This document shows positions 38,444 through 51,522 of a DNA stretch of 64,000 nt, piece by piece. Below the pieces are notes generated by a model. That model was given only the letters and a program-made list of their open reading frames with translations, was not told where the DNA came from and searched no databases. The number at the start of each line of letters is the position of its first letter. Within the stretch, counting starts at the first letter, position 1. The position numbers and the translations under genes are program-made. Source of the stretch: Macrostomum lignano (taxonomy: Eukaryota); NCBI GenBank assembly GCA_002269645.1, contig NIVC01003772.1:1-64000 (forward strand), read 5' to 3'.

Positions 38444-40145
38444 ATCAGTCCTGGAGAATCTGCCTCTCTGCTCTCCCTCAGTCCTTGAGAATCTGCCTCT
38501 CTACTCTCCCTCAGTCCTTGAGAATCTGCCTCTCTACTCTTCCTCAGTCCCTGAGAATCTGCCTCTCTACTCTCTTTCAGTCCTTGAGAATCTGCCTCTC
38601 TGCTCTCCCTCAGTCCTTGAGAATCTGCCTCTCTACTCTCCCTCAGTCCTTGAGAATCTGCCTCTCTACTCTCTTTCAGTCCTTGAGAATCTGCCTCTCT
38701 ACTCTCTTTCAGTCCTAGAGAATCTGCCTCTCTACTTTCCATTAATCCTTGAGAATCTGCCTCTCTACTCTCCCTCAATGCTTGAGAATCTGCCTCTCTA
38801 CTCTCCCTCAGTCCTCGAGAATCTGCCTCTCTACTCTCTTTCAGTCCTTGAGAATCTGCCTCTCTACTATCCCTCAGTCCTTGAGAATCTGCCTCTCTAC
38901 TCTCTTTCAGTCCTTGGGAATCTGCCTCTCTACTCTCCATCAGTCCTTGAGAATCTGCCTCTCTACTCTCTTTCAGTCCTTGAGAATCTGCCTCTCTACT
39001 CTCCATCAGTCCTTGAGAATCTGCCTCTCTGCTCTCCCTCAGTCCTTGAGAATCTGCCTCTTTACTCTCTATCAGTCCTTGAGAATCTGCCTCTCTACTC
39101 TCTATCAGTCCTTGAGAATCTGCCTCTCTGCTCTCCCTCAGTCCTTGAGAATCTGCCTCTCTACTCTCTATCAGTCCTTGAGAATCTGCCTCTCTACTCT
39201 CCATCAGTCCTTGAGAATCTGCCTCTCTACTCTCCATCAGTCCTTGAGAATCTGCCTCTCTGCTCTCCCTCAGTCCTTGAGAATCTGCCTCTCTACTCTC
39301 CCTCAGTTCTTGAGAATCTGCCTCTCTACTATCCCTCAGTCCTTGAGAATCTGCCTCTCTACTATCCCTCAGTCCTTGAGAATCTGCCTCTCTACTCTCT
39401 TTCAGTCCTTGGGAATCTGCCTCTCTACTCTCCATCAGTCCTTGAGAATCTGCCTCTCTACTCTCTTTCAGTCCTTGAGAATCTGCCTCTCTACTCTCCA
39501 TCAGTCCTTGAGAATCTGCCTCTCTGCTCTCCCTCAGTCCTTGAGAATCTGCCTCTCTACTCTCTATCAGTCCTTGAGAATCTGCCTCTCTACTCTCCAT
39601 CAGTCCTTGAGAATCTGCCTCTCTACTCTCCATCAGTCCTTGAGAATCTGCCTCTCTGCTCTCCCTCAGTCCTTGAGAATCTGCCTCTCTACTCTCCCTC
39701 AGTTCTTGAGAATCTGCCTCTCTACTCTCCCTCAGTCCTTGAGAATCTGCCTCTCTGCTCTCCCTCAGTCCTTGAGAATCTGCCTCTCTGCTCTCCCTCA
39801 GTCCTTGAGAATCTGCCTCTCTACTCTCTATCAGTCCTTGAGAATCTGCCTCTCTACTCTCCATCAGTCCTTGAGAATCTGCCTCTCTACTCTCCATCAG
39901 TCCTTGAGAATCTGCCTCTCTGCTCTCCCTCAGTCCTTGAGAATCTGCCTCTCTACTCTCCCTCAGTCCTTGAGAATCTGCCTCTCTACTCTCCCTCAGT
40001 CCTTGAGAATCTGCCTCTCTACTCTCTTTCAGTCCTTGAGAATCTGCCTCTCTACTCTCCCTCAGTCCTTGAGAATCTGCCTCTCTACTCTCCATCAGTC
40101 CTTGAGAATCTGCCTCTCTACTCTCCCTTAGTCTCAGAGAATCTG
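38444..40145. repeat. 1.7-kb 33-bp satellite CAGTCCTTGAGAATCTGCCTCTCTACTCTCCCT
   Basis: About 51 highly homogeneous units. The long ORFs across it are an artefact of a unit length divisible by 3. Confidence 0.97.
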
Positions 40146-41008
40146 CTTATCTGCTTTCCTCTCTGCAACTGCAAAGTCCCTGAAACTGCAACCTTTCCAA
40201 AAGGGTTCTTTAGCGCCCTCTAGTTTGAAAAAACCCTATTTTATAAAAATAGCATAGCCTACAATAGTACTATTCAAGCAACCAGATCTGTACACGAAAT
40301 CCTGTACCCATTTTAATTTCCGATCTGAATCCACTTTTCCCGAAATACATCTCTGCACTTTTACATTTTTCACGTTCCTCTTTTCAGGACCCAGTGTTGA
40401 TCAACTTTTCTCTTCATTTTCAGTAATCGATCACTCAGCAAAAGCATATTTTAATCTCCTAGTTACTCTGTTAGAAGTTACAAATTACAAATCATTGACC
40501 AGTCAGGGTGGGGGGGGGGCAGCCCCCTCCCTTCAGCGGAGACCTGGAAAAAATGAAGGGTCACCAAGCGCATATTTGCCAATATTGAGAGCCATCCCCT
40601 CCGCCAACCCCTTTTGGGCTTTTACCCTCCAGAATCGGCCTAATCAGCAATGAAAAGGCACGCGTTCTAAAAAGATCCTTAGGAAAAATTGTGTTTCATG
40701 AATGCTGCTTTCTAAGAAAAGCGCTGACTGCCTTAGCCATTCGTAAGCCTGCACCGATCAAGTGCTTGGCTTCAGTTTACCTACTGAGTTAATTCACCCG
40801 AGCAAACAGGTGTTACCTTCCTTAATCCTGTGCACGCTCTGGGCCCAACTGGCCCGGAACTTTGGGCGGCAAATTAATCTGCCATATGTTTTCTTCAGAC
40901 CCAAGCAACTAATGCGCAGTGCTGTGAATCGTTCTGTCCGAAGGACTGTGCAGTCTTATACACTTATTTACAGGATTAGTGAATGTATTTGCGATTTGAA
41001 AGGGTGCC

Positions 41009-41452
41009 TGTAGGCTACTGTATCTGTGCTGTAGGCTACTGTATCTGTGCTGTAGGCTACTGTATCTGTGCTGTAGGCTACTGTATCTGTGCTGTAGGCT
41101 ACTGTATCTGTGCTGTAGGGTTCTGTATCTTTGCTGTAGGGTTCTGTATCTGTGCTGTAGGCTACTGTATCTGTGCTGTAGGCTACTGTATGTGTGCTGT
41201 AGGCTACTGTATCTGTGCTGTAGGCTACTGTATCTGTGCTGTAGGCTACTGTATGTGTGCTGTAGGCTACTGTATCTGTGCTGTAGGCTACTGCATGTGT
41301 GCTGTAGGCTACTGTATCTGTGCTGTAGGGTTCTGTATCTGTACTTCAGGCTACTGTATCTGTGCTGTAGGGTTCTGTATCTGTGCTGTACAATTTCTGT
41401 ATCTGTGCTGTAGGCTACTGTATCTGTGCTGTAGGCTACTGTATCTGTGCTG
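41009..41452. repeat. 21-bp minisatellite GTAGGCTACTGTATCTGTGCT
   Basis: About 21 units. Confidence 0.95.
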
Positions 41453-42107
41453 TTGAGAGTGCTAAATGTTTTCTGTAGTACATGCTGTTGTGGGCAGTGC
41501 ACAGAAAGGTTGTTTTATGATTTCAATATCTGCCGTGCATTCCCACATTCCTCGGCACGCCTTAAGTCAGGCTTCGAGGAATAGAAAATAATAATGCGTA
41601 TAAAAATCGATTTTTGAGTTACGTGACCCGACTGCCATTTTTGAAGCCAGAAATGCAGTATTGGCTTCGTTTGACTTGTTTGGCAAGTAAGCGGTGTGCT
41701 TTCAGTTTTGTCCATGACTGACCATGAATAAAAAGAAAGGGTATAATTTGATGGACCACAGTTTCCTGTTTTTAGCACTAAAGTGACCATTCTCTCTTAA
41801 TTTCTGAAATTTGTGAGTTTAACATCCTTGTATATCCTTGTACTTTAGTTGTCAGTGGAGGAAAATCGAATGCATAATTGCTTGTATGATTCAATGCTGT
41901 ATTTAGCTAGTAGAATGCTATTCCTGCATGATGTTTGCTTTCGGTACACAAGTTTTTTAAAGTTCACTTGCATATGTCGATCCCCGAAAACTGGCAATCG
42001 GTTGCTGGGCAAACCTTTGCTTTGAAAGTGCAGTTTGACATGAAATGAAGAGGCCATTCTGCATGTTACTTGGTGGACTAGTATATGTAGCTGCATGCCG
42101 CTAGCGA

Positions 42108-43192
42108 ACCCTCTGTAGCTGGCGCCCCTCTGTAGCTGGCGCCTCCTCTATAGCTGGCGCCCCTCTGTAGCTGGCGCCTCCTCTGTAGCTGGCGCCCCTC
42201 TGTAGCTGGCGCCTCCTCTATAGCTGGCGCCCCTCTGTAGCTGGCGCCTCCTCTGTAGCCTGGCGCCCCTCTGTAGCTGGCGCCCCTCTGTAGCTGGCGC
42301 CCCTCTGTAGCTGACGCCTCTCTGTAGCTGGCGCCTCCTCTGTAGCTGGCGCCCCTCTGTAGCTGGCGCCTCCTCTATAGCTGGTGCCCCTCTGTAGCTG
42401 GCGCCTCCTCTGTAGCTGGCGCCTCCTCTGTAGCTGGCGCCCCTCTGTAGCTGGCGCCCCTCTGTAGCTGGCGCCCCTCTGTAGCTGGCGCCCCCCTTTT
42501 TGGAGCTGGCGCCTCCTCTGTAGCTGGCGACCCCCTTTTTGGAGCTGGCGCCCCTCTGTAACTGGCGCCCCCCTTTTTGGAGCTGGCGCCCCTCTGTAGC
42601 TGGCGCCCCTCTTTTTGGAGCTGGCGCCCCTCTGTAGCTGGCGCCCCCTCTGTAGCTGGCGCCCCCTCTGTAGCTGGCGCCCCTCTGTAGCTGGCGCCCC
42701 TCTGTAGCTGGCGCCCCTCTGTAGCTGGCGCCTCCTCTATAGCTGGTGCCCCTCTGTAGCTGGCGCCTCCTCTGTAGCCTGGCGCCCCTCTGTAGCTGGC
42801 GCCCCTCTGTAGCTGGCGCCCCTCTGTAGCTGGCGCCCCCCTTTTTGGAGCTGGCGCCCCTCTGTAACTGGCGCCCCCCTTTTTGGAGCTGGCGCCCCTC
42901 TGTAGCTGGCGCCCCTCTTTTTGGAGCTGGCGCCCCTCTGTAGCTGGCGCCCCCTCTGTAGCTGGCGCCCCCTCTGTAGCTGGCGCCCCCTCTGTAGCTG
43001 GCGCCCCCTCTGTAGCTGGCGCCCCCTCTGTAGCTGGCGCCCCCTCTGTAGCTGGCGCCCCCTCTGTAGCTGGCGCCCCTTTTTGTAGCTGGCGCCTACT
43101 TTTTTAGCTGGCGCCCCTGCTGTAGCTGGCGCCCCCTCTGTAGCTGGCGCGCCCTCTGTCGCTGCATGGCGCCTCCTCTGTAGCTGGCGCCC
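42108..43192. repeat. 18-20-bp GC-rich minisatellite GCGCCCCTCTGTAGCTG
   Basis: More than 50 units; same family as 17768-17940 in the opposite orientation. Confidence 0.95.
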
Positions 43193-43499
43193 TATGAAAG
43201 ATGTTTGTAACACATAAGAAAAATTTAGTACCACAAAACTCTAAAATATCTCCTGTAGTTAGCTTGTTTAGCTAAAGAGATTTTGACCAGCTGAAGGTAC
43301 AATAAGCAAAACTTCTGCAAGCAAAAATCCTCACCCTTACGCTCGTATCTCTTACCTATATTTGGCTATCCGTGAAAGTCAGCAGTCAGTTTATCTACAA
43401 TGTTTACGAGCTTCTCAACAAGATTTTTTCAACTACTACTCGTAGTACGAGCGTATATGGACGGCTTACTAAATTAATAAGATACGGACTTAGTTATTC

Positions 43500-45000
43500 G
43501 AACTAGCAATCTACGCCCCCCGTTGGGGAGCCAAAGAAATGCAATACACGTATTTTTAATAAGCTACATGTAGCCTTGAAATCTTAAAAAATCTCCTGTC
43601 AAAATTCTAACCCTAACCAAAACCCTAAATTCAATATTTTGTCCATGAGTTTTTGCATGATCGATGCTTCTATGATTTTTGGCATGACGCTTCCATTGTT
43701 TTTGCATGACGCTTCCATTATTTTTGCATGATGCTTCCATGATAAACATTTTTAATAAGCTAAATGAGCCAAGTTATAAGCTACCCTAACCCTAACCCTA
43801 ACCCGAATCTTAACGCAATAACCCTGAACCTAACCCTAAACCTAAACCCTAATACCAACCCTAACACTAACCCTACAGCCTGACATCTGCATAAGTTTGT
43901 GAAGAGCTAGTAGTATTTTTTAGCTTAGTATCTTAGCGTTAGGGAGCCAAAAATACAGTACAAGTTTTGTAATAAACTACATGTAGCATCTCTTTGCAAT
44001 ATACCTCAGAAGTCCCTTGTAAGCCTTGAAATGTCAGTAATTCCCCCCACAAGCTTTAACAAATCAACTCCCCCCTTGACATCTCAGCGATGCCCCAAAT
44101 AAGCCTTGAAGTCTAAAAAAATCTGTCAACCTTCTAACCCTAACCCTAGCCTAACCCTAACCCTAGCCTAACCCTAACCCTAACCCTAACCCTAACCTAA
44201 CCCTAAAGCATTGAAATTTCAGTAATTCTGAGTCATTATAGCACTACTACAGCGTTATAGCGATTCCCTCGTAGGGATTCCCAAATGAATCTCTTCGCTT
44301 CGACATGAAGCTTCTTTTATTTTTTACATTATGCTTTTTCTATCAGTGAGCCCTGAGGAGCCAACAAAAAATGTAATAAAAAGTTTTCATTAAACTACAT
44401 GTAGCTTCTGACTTTAGCCTTGAAATCTCATTTATACCCCGTGAGCCTTGACATCTCAGCTATTCCCCCGTAAGCCTTGACATGTCAGCGATGCCCCCAT
44501 AAATCTTGAAATCTAAAAAATCCCCTGTTAACCTTGAAACCCGATAAAATATAACCCTCAACCCACACCTGACCTAAACCTAACTTTAACCCAACCTAAA
44601 GCCTTGAAATCTCAGCAATTCTTCTCCCCTAAGCCTTGGCATTTTAGTGTTTCCTTCTTTAAGAATCACAGCACTATAACGATTTCCACCAAGCTTTGAC
44701 ATTGTAGCAATTCCCAAATGAATCTTTTAACTTCGACATGACTTTTCTTATATGTATACATAGTGCTACTTTTATTTTTTACATGACTCTGCTTCTATCA
44801 GCGCCCCCCTGTGGCGAGCCAACAATGAATGTAATAAAAATTGAGTAAAGTACATGAACTTTGAAGTAGCTTCTGACTTTTGCTTTGACATCTCAGAAAC
44901 CCCCCCCCCCACCTGTAATCTCAGTTATTCTCTGTGAGCCTTGACGTCTCAGTAATTCTCCCCAGCACAGCACTGTACTATAGCTTCATTTAATTTTTAT
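43500..45000. repeat. Four diverged ~415-460-bp monomers with embedded (CCCTAA)n telomere-like tracts
   Basis: The anchor GGAGCCAA...TAA(G/A)CTACATGTAGC recurs at 43527, 43943, 44357 and 44815. CCCTAA tracts at ~43605, 43785-43875 and 44135-44205. Confidence 0.7.
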
Positions 45001-45039
45001 ATGACACCTTTCATGTCTGACATGGCGCTTCTTTTGATT

Positions 45040-48000
45040 TTTACATGACGCTTCTTTTATTCTTCCATTATTCTTCTTAATTTTTTAAATGACACTTTCA
45101 TTAGTTTTTATATGAGGCTTCTATGATTGTTTGCATGACGCTTCTATAATTTTACCATGACGCTTCTATTATTGTTTGCATGACGCTTCTATGATTTTTA
45201 CATGACGCAACTATGATTTTTTAAATGACGCTTTTATGATTTTTTACATGACGCTTTTATGATTTTTTACATGACGCTTCTATGCTTGTTTACATGACGC
45301 TTCTATGCTTGTTTACATGACGCTTCTATGATTGTTTACATGACGCTTCTATGATTGTTTACATGACTCTTCTATGATTGTTTACATGACGCTTCTATGA
45401 TTGTTTACATGACGCTTCTATGATTGTTTACATGACGCTTCTATGATTTTTTACATGACGCTTCTATGATTGTTTACATGACGCTTCTATGATTGTTTAC
45501 ATGACGCTTCTATGATTTTTTACATGATGCTTCTATGATTGTTTACATGACGCTTCTATGATTGTTTACATGACGCTTCTATGCTTGTTTACATGACGCT
45601 TCTATGGTTTTTTTATGACGCTTCTATGATTGTTTACATGACGCTTCTATGGTTTTTTTATGACGCTTCTATGATTGTTTACATGACGCTTCTATGATTG
45701 TTTACATCACGCTTCTTTGATTTTTACATGACGCTTCTATGCTTGTTTACATGACGCTTCTATGATTTTTTACATGACGCTTCTATGATTTTTACATGAC
45801 GCTTCTATGATTGTTTACATGACGCTTCTATGATTGTTTACATGACGCTTCTATGATTGTTTACATGACGCTTCTATGATTTTTACATGACGCTTCTATG
45901 CTTGTTTACATGACGCTTCTATGGTTTTTTTATGACGCTTCAATGATTGTTTACATGACGCTTCTATGATTGTTTACATGACGCTTCTATGATTGTTTAC
46001 ATGACTCTTCTATGATTGTTTACATGACGCTTCTATGATTGTTTACATGACGCTTCTATGATTGTTTACATGACGCTTCTATGATTTTTTACATTACGCT
46101 TCTATGATTGTTTACATGACGCTTCTATGATTGTTTACATGACGCTTCTATGCTTGTTTACATGACGCTTCTATGGTTTTTTTATGACGCTTCTATGATT
46201 GTTTACATGACGCTTCTATGATTGTTTACATGACGCTTCTATGATTGTTTACATGACGCTTCTATGATTGTTTACATGACGCTTCTATGATTTTTACATG
46301 ACGCTTCTATGCTTGTTTACATGACGCTTCTATGGTTTTTTTATGACGCTTCTATGATTGTTTACATGACGCTTCTATGATTTTTTACATGACGCTTTTA
46401 TGCTTTTTTTACATGACGCTTCTATGATTTTTTCATGACGCTTCTATGATTGTTTACATGACGCTTCTATGATTGTTTACATGACGCTTCTATGATTTTT
46501 TACATGACGCTTCTATGATTTTTACATGACGCTTCTATGATTTTTACATGACGCTTCTATGATTTTTTCATGACGCTTCTATGAATTTTGCATGACGCTT
46601 CTATGATTTTTACATGACGCTTCTATGCTTGTTTACATGACGCTTCTATGGTTTTCTATGACGCTTCTATGATTGTTTACATGACGCTTCTATGATTTTT
46701 TACATGACGCTTTTATGCTTTTTTTACATGACGCTTCTATGATTTTTTCATGACGCTTCTATGATTGTTTACATGACGCTTCTATGATTGTTTACATGAC
46801 GCTTCTATGATTTTTTACATGACGCTTCTATGATTTTTACATGACGCTTCTATGATTTTTACATGACGCTTCTATGATTTTTTTCATGACGCTTCTATGA
46901 TTTTTGCATGACGCTTCCATGATTTTTTACATGACGCATTAATGGTTTTTTCATGTCACTTCTATGATTTTTTCATGACGCTTCTATGATTTTTTACATT
47001 ACGCTTCTATGATTTTTTCATGTCACTTCGATGATTTTTTATGACGCTTCTATGATTTTTTATGACGCTATTTTGACTTTTACATGACGCTTCTATGATT
47101 GTTTACATGACGCTTCTATGATTTTTTAAATGACGCTACTATGATTGTCTGCATGACGCTTCTATGATTTTTACATGACGCTACTATGATTGTTTGCATG
47201 ACGCTTCTATGATTTTTAATGACGCTACTATGATTGTTTACATGACGGTTCTATGATTTTTACATGACGCTTCTATGATTTTTTCATGACGCTTCTATGA
47301 TTTTTGCATGACGCTTCTATGATTATTACATGACGCTTTTATTATTTTTTCATGACGCTTCCATGATTTTTTCATGACGCTTCTATGATTTTTTATGACG
47401 CTTTTTTGACTTTTACATGACGCTTCTATGATTGTTTGCATGACGCTTCTATGATTGTTTACATGACGCTTCTATGATTTTTTCATGACGCTTTTATGCT
47501 TTTTTTACATGACGCTTCTATGATTTTTTCATGACGCTTCTATGATTGTTTACATGACGCTTCTATGATTGTTTACATGACGCTTCTATGATTTTTACAT
47601 GACGCTTCTATGATTTTTTCATGACGCTTCTATGAATTTTGCATGACGCTTCTATGATTTTTACATGACGCTTCTATGCTTGTTTACATGACGCTTCTAT
47701 GGTTTTTTATGACGCTTCTATGATTGTTTACATGACGCTTCTATGATTTTTTACATGACGCTTTTATGCTTTTTTTACATGACGCTTCTATGATTTTTTC
47801 ATGACGCTTCTATGATTGTTTACATGACGCTTCTATGATTGTTTACATGACGCTTCTATGATTTTTTACATGACGCTTCTATGATTTTTACATGACGCTT
47901 CTATGATTTTTACATGACGCTTCTATGATTTTTTCATGACGCTTCTATGATTTTTGCATGACGCTTCCATGATTTTTTACATGACGCATTAATGGTTTTT

Positions 48001-50135
48001 TCATGTCACTTCTATGATTTTTTCATGACGCTTCTATGATTTTTTACATTACGCTTCTATGATTTTTTCATGTCACTTCGATGATTTTTTATGACGCTTC
48101 TATGATTTTTATGACGCTATTTTGACTTTTACATGACGCTTCTATGATTGTTTACATGACGCTTCTATGATTGTTTGCATGACGCTTCTATGATTGTTTA
48201 CATGACGCTTCTATGATTTTTTCATGACGCTTCTATGATTTTTACATGACGCTTCTATGATTGTTTGCATGACGCTTCTATGATTGTTTACATGACGCTT
48301 CTATGATTTTTTCATGACGCTTCTATGATTTTTTACATGACGCTTCTATGATTGTTTACATGACGCTTCTATGATTTTTTACATTACACTTCCATGATTT
48401 TTATATAACGCTTTTACGATTTTTACATGGCGATTCTATGATTGTTTACATGACGCTTCTATGATTTTTTACATGACGCTTCTATGATTTTTTCATGACG
48501 CTTCTATGATTTTTTACATGACGCTTCTATGATTGTTTACATGACGCTTCTATGATTTTTATATAACGCTTTTACGATTTTTTACATGGCGCTTCTATGA
48601 TTGTTTACATGACACTTCTATGATTTTTTACATGACGCTTCTATGATTGTTTACATGACGCTTCTATGATTTTTTACATTACACTCCCATGATTTTTATA
48701 TAACGCTTTTACGTTTTTTACATGGCGATTCTACGATTGTTTACATGACGCTTCTATGATTTTTTACATGACGCTTCTATGATTTTTTCATGACGCTTCT
48801 ATGATTTTTTACATGACGCTTCTATGATTGTTTACATGACGCTTCTATGATTTTTTACATGACGCTTCTATGATTGTTTACATGACGCTTCTATGATTTT
48901 TTACATGACGCTTCTATGATTGTTTACATGACGCTTCTATGATTTTTTACATTACGCTTCTATGATTTTTATATAACGCTTTTACGATTTTTTACATGGC
49001 GCTTCTATGATTGTTTACATGACACTTCTATGATTTTTTACATGACGCTTCTATGATTGTTTACATGACGCTTCTATGATTTTTTACATTACACTTCCAT
49101 GATTTTTATATAACGCTTTTACGATTTTTACATGGCGATTCTATGATTGTTTACATGACGCTTCTATGATTTTTTACATGACGCTTCTATGATTTTTTCA
49201 TGACGCTTCTATGATTTTTTACATGACGCTTCTATGATTGTTTACATGACGCTTCTACGATTGTTTACATGACGCTTCTATGATTTTTTACATGACGCTT
49301 CTATGATTTTTTACATGACGCATTAATGGTTTTTTCATGTCACTTCTATGATTTTTTATGACGCTTCTATGATTTTTTATGACGCTATTTTGACTTTTAC
49401 ATGACGCTTCTATGATTGTTTACATGACGCTTCTATGATTGTTTGCATGACGCTTCTATGATTGTTTACATGACGCTTCTATGATTTTTTCATGACGCTT
49501 CTATGATTTTTACATGACGCTTCTATGATTGTTTGCATGACGCTTCTATGATTGTTTACATGACGCTTCTATGATTTTTTCATGACGCTTCTATGATTTT
49601 TTACATGACGCTTCTATGATTGTTTACATGACGCTTCTATGATTTTTTACATTACACTTCCATGATTTTTATATAACGCTTTTACGATTTTTACATGGCG
49701 ATTCTATGATTGTTTACATGACGCTTCTATGATTTTTTACATGACGCTTGTATGATTTTTACATTACACTTCCATGATTTTTATATAACGCTTTTACGAT
49801 TTTTACATGGCGATTCTATGATTGTTTACATGACGCTTCTATGATTTTTTACATGACGCTTCTATGATTTTTTCATGACGCTTCTATGATTTTTTACATG
49901 ACGCTTCTATGATTGTTTACATGACGCTTCTATGATTTTTTACATGACGCTTCTATGATTTTTTCATTACGCTTCTATGATTTTTACATGACGCTTCTAT
50001 GATTGTTTACATGACGCTTCTATGATTTTTTACATTACGCTTCTATGATTTTTATATAACGCTTTTACGATTTTTTACATGGCGCTTCTATGATTGTTTA
50101 CATGACACTTCTATGATTTTTTACATGACGCTTCT
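45040..50135. repeat. 5-kb 22-23-bp minisatellite CATGACGCTTCTATGATT(G/T)TTTA with higher-order structure
   Basis: More than 200 units. The rare variant GCATTAATGG recurs at 46936, 47986 and 49320. Confidence 0.97.
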
Positions 50136-50364
50136 TTTTAAAAAGTCTTTTAGTTTTCCTGAAGTTGAAAAGCTTTAATTAAAAAAATTATACTCTATGA
50201 AAATTCGAACCATCGTCGCTGCATTTGGCAGTTCAGTTTGTTCACCCCTAGGCTAGCTCTCATCGTTTTGATAACATCAAATTTTGCACTTATATAATTC
50301 AACACTTTAAAATCCAAGCATAGAGTAAATCACACGAGGCAGTTATGACATAATCAGTTTCTCA

Positions 50365-50745
50365 GTCAGTCAGTATCAGTTAACAATATGGTTACGCAAT
50401 TTAAATCAAGTCTGGTGCTACGCTTCCACACTGCATTTTCAATTCAAGTCGGAGTTATAATTCAGTTATGATGCAATCTATTTCGGAATCAGAATTCAAC
50501 CAGTCAGTTTTTTCTCTAGCATTCTTACAATACATTTCAAGTCGAAAAGTTTGCTTGACCTTTGCAAAAAAGCATGTTTTTCGAATATTTAATCGCTTTA
50601 ACATGGAGCAATTTCTTAGCCAAGATGCATGTACCGTCCCAGGAAAATTTCTGATCGAACAGTGCAAGTCTCATGAAAATCGGTCCAGCCATTTTTTCTC
50701 TAATCGATTGCGTACAAACAAACAACTCATTTTTAGTATATAGGA
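50365..50745 (-). mobile_element. Non-autonomous Helitron copy 1 (5' end at 50745; 3' end uncertain)
   Basis: The minus strand starts TCCTATATACTAAAAATGAGTTGTTTGTTTG...GGCTGGACCGATTTTCATG, the typical 5' layout of invertebrate mini-Helitrons. Homologous to copy 2. Confidence 0.6.
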
Positions 50746-51130
50746 CTAGCTGGGGTAGGCTGTCTGCCAGCATCCAGAATTTTTATTATACCCCCCTTAA
50801 TTGGTTACGCAAGTTAAATAGAGTAATTATCTGGGCAGTGGGGCAAAGTGAATTTTCTTATCAGTTGGCTCTGGCGCAATCATTAAAATTGGCTGTGAAG
50901 TTTCTCGCTGCGCGCAGGCTGATAAAAAAATACACTAAAAAGGCCATTTAAAACAGTTTTTCGAATATTTAATCCCCTTAGCATTGAGTTAGAGCTTAAT
51001 AAAATTACATGTACCGTCCCGGGCACATTTGACATGTTTTGGCGAAGAAACGGAGAAAATCGATTGAGCCGTTCGGGAGATAATCGATTGCATACAAACA
51101 AGCAAGATTTTCATTTTTAGTATATTACGA
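50746..51130 (-). mobile_element. Non-autonomous Helitron copy 2, 385 bp, TC...CTAG, head-to-tail with copy 1
   Basis: Minus strand starts TCGTAATATACTAAAAATG... and ends in a weak GC hairpin (GCTGGCAGACAGC) then CCCCAGCTAG, directly followed by the T of copy 1. Confidence 0.65.
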
Positions 51131-51244
51131 GGCCAACTCCTCCTTCGTAGAAGAAAGGGGAAGAACTCCAATCAGCGGAATTCCATTCCCTGAACTCCAT
51201 CAGCGGAATCCCATTTTCCAACACCTCTCCGCGCAACAGAAATC

Positions 51245-51360
51245 GTCTCCGTGAAATTGAACACTATCGAAATCCTCTCCGTGAAACTGAACACCATCGA
51301 AATATTCTCCGCGAAATTGAAATCCTCTCCGTGAAACTGGACTAAATCGAAATTTCTACG
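51245..51360. repeat. Short degenerate ~30-bp repeat (CTCCGTGAAATTGAACACTATCGAAATCCT)
   Basis: About 4 units. Confidence 0.6.
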
Positions 51361-51522
51361 TCAAACAGCCCAGCTCTCAGAATTCATTGGTTAAGGTTAG
51401 GGTTAGGGTTAGAGCTACACACAGCTGCGTGTTGAAAGACGCCGTAAAAACATTGAACCAATTAAATTGCGCAACTTATTTCTCAGGCAGTCAGTATCAG
51501 CCTCAGTTAAAGTTAACAAAAA

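Noticed and set aside
38395-40223. 460-606-aa ORFs on both strands (ESREADSQGL / SVLENLPLYSP / QSLRICLSTL repeats)
   Set aside because: The unit is 33 bp, so any stop-free frame stays open. There are no unique coding flanks, and the same unit lies inverted in an intron at 26.9 kb.
40909-43234. Cys-rich (AVGYCIC), LQHRYSS and VAGAPS repeat proteins
   Set aside because: These are translations of the 21-bp and 18-bp minisatellites.
43785-44205. True telomere or chromosome-fusion site
   Set aside because: The tracts are short, degenerate, embedded at equivalent positions in larger monomers, and there is no head-to-head TTAGGG/CCCTAA junction.
6864-47986. Similar ~1050-bp higher-order periods in the two largest arrays (1048 and 1050)
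   Set aside because: The other periods differ (1382 versus 1334, plus 639 and 469), so a single coincidence is unremarkable.
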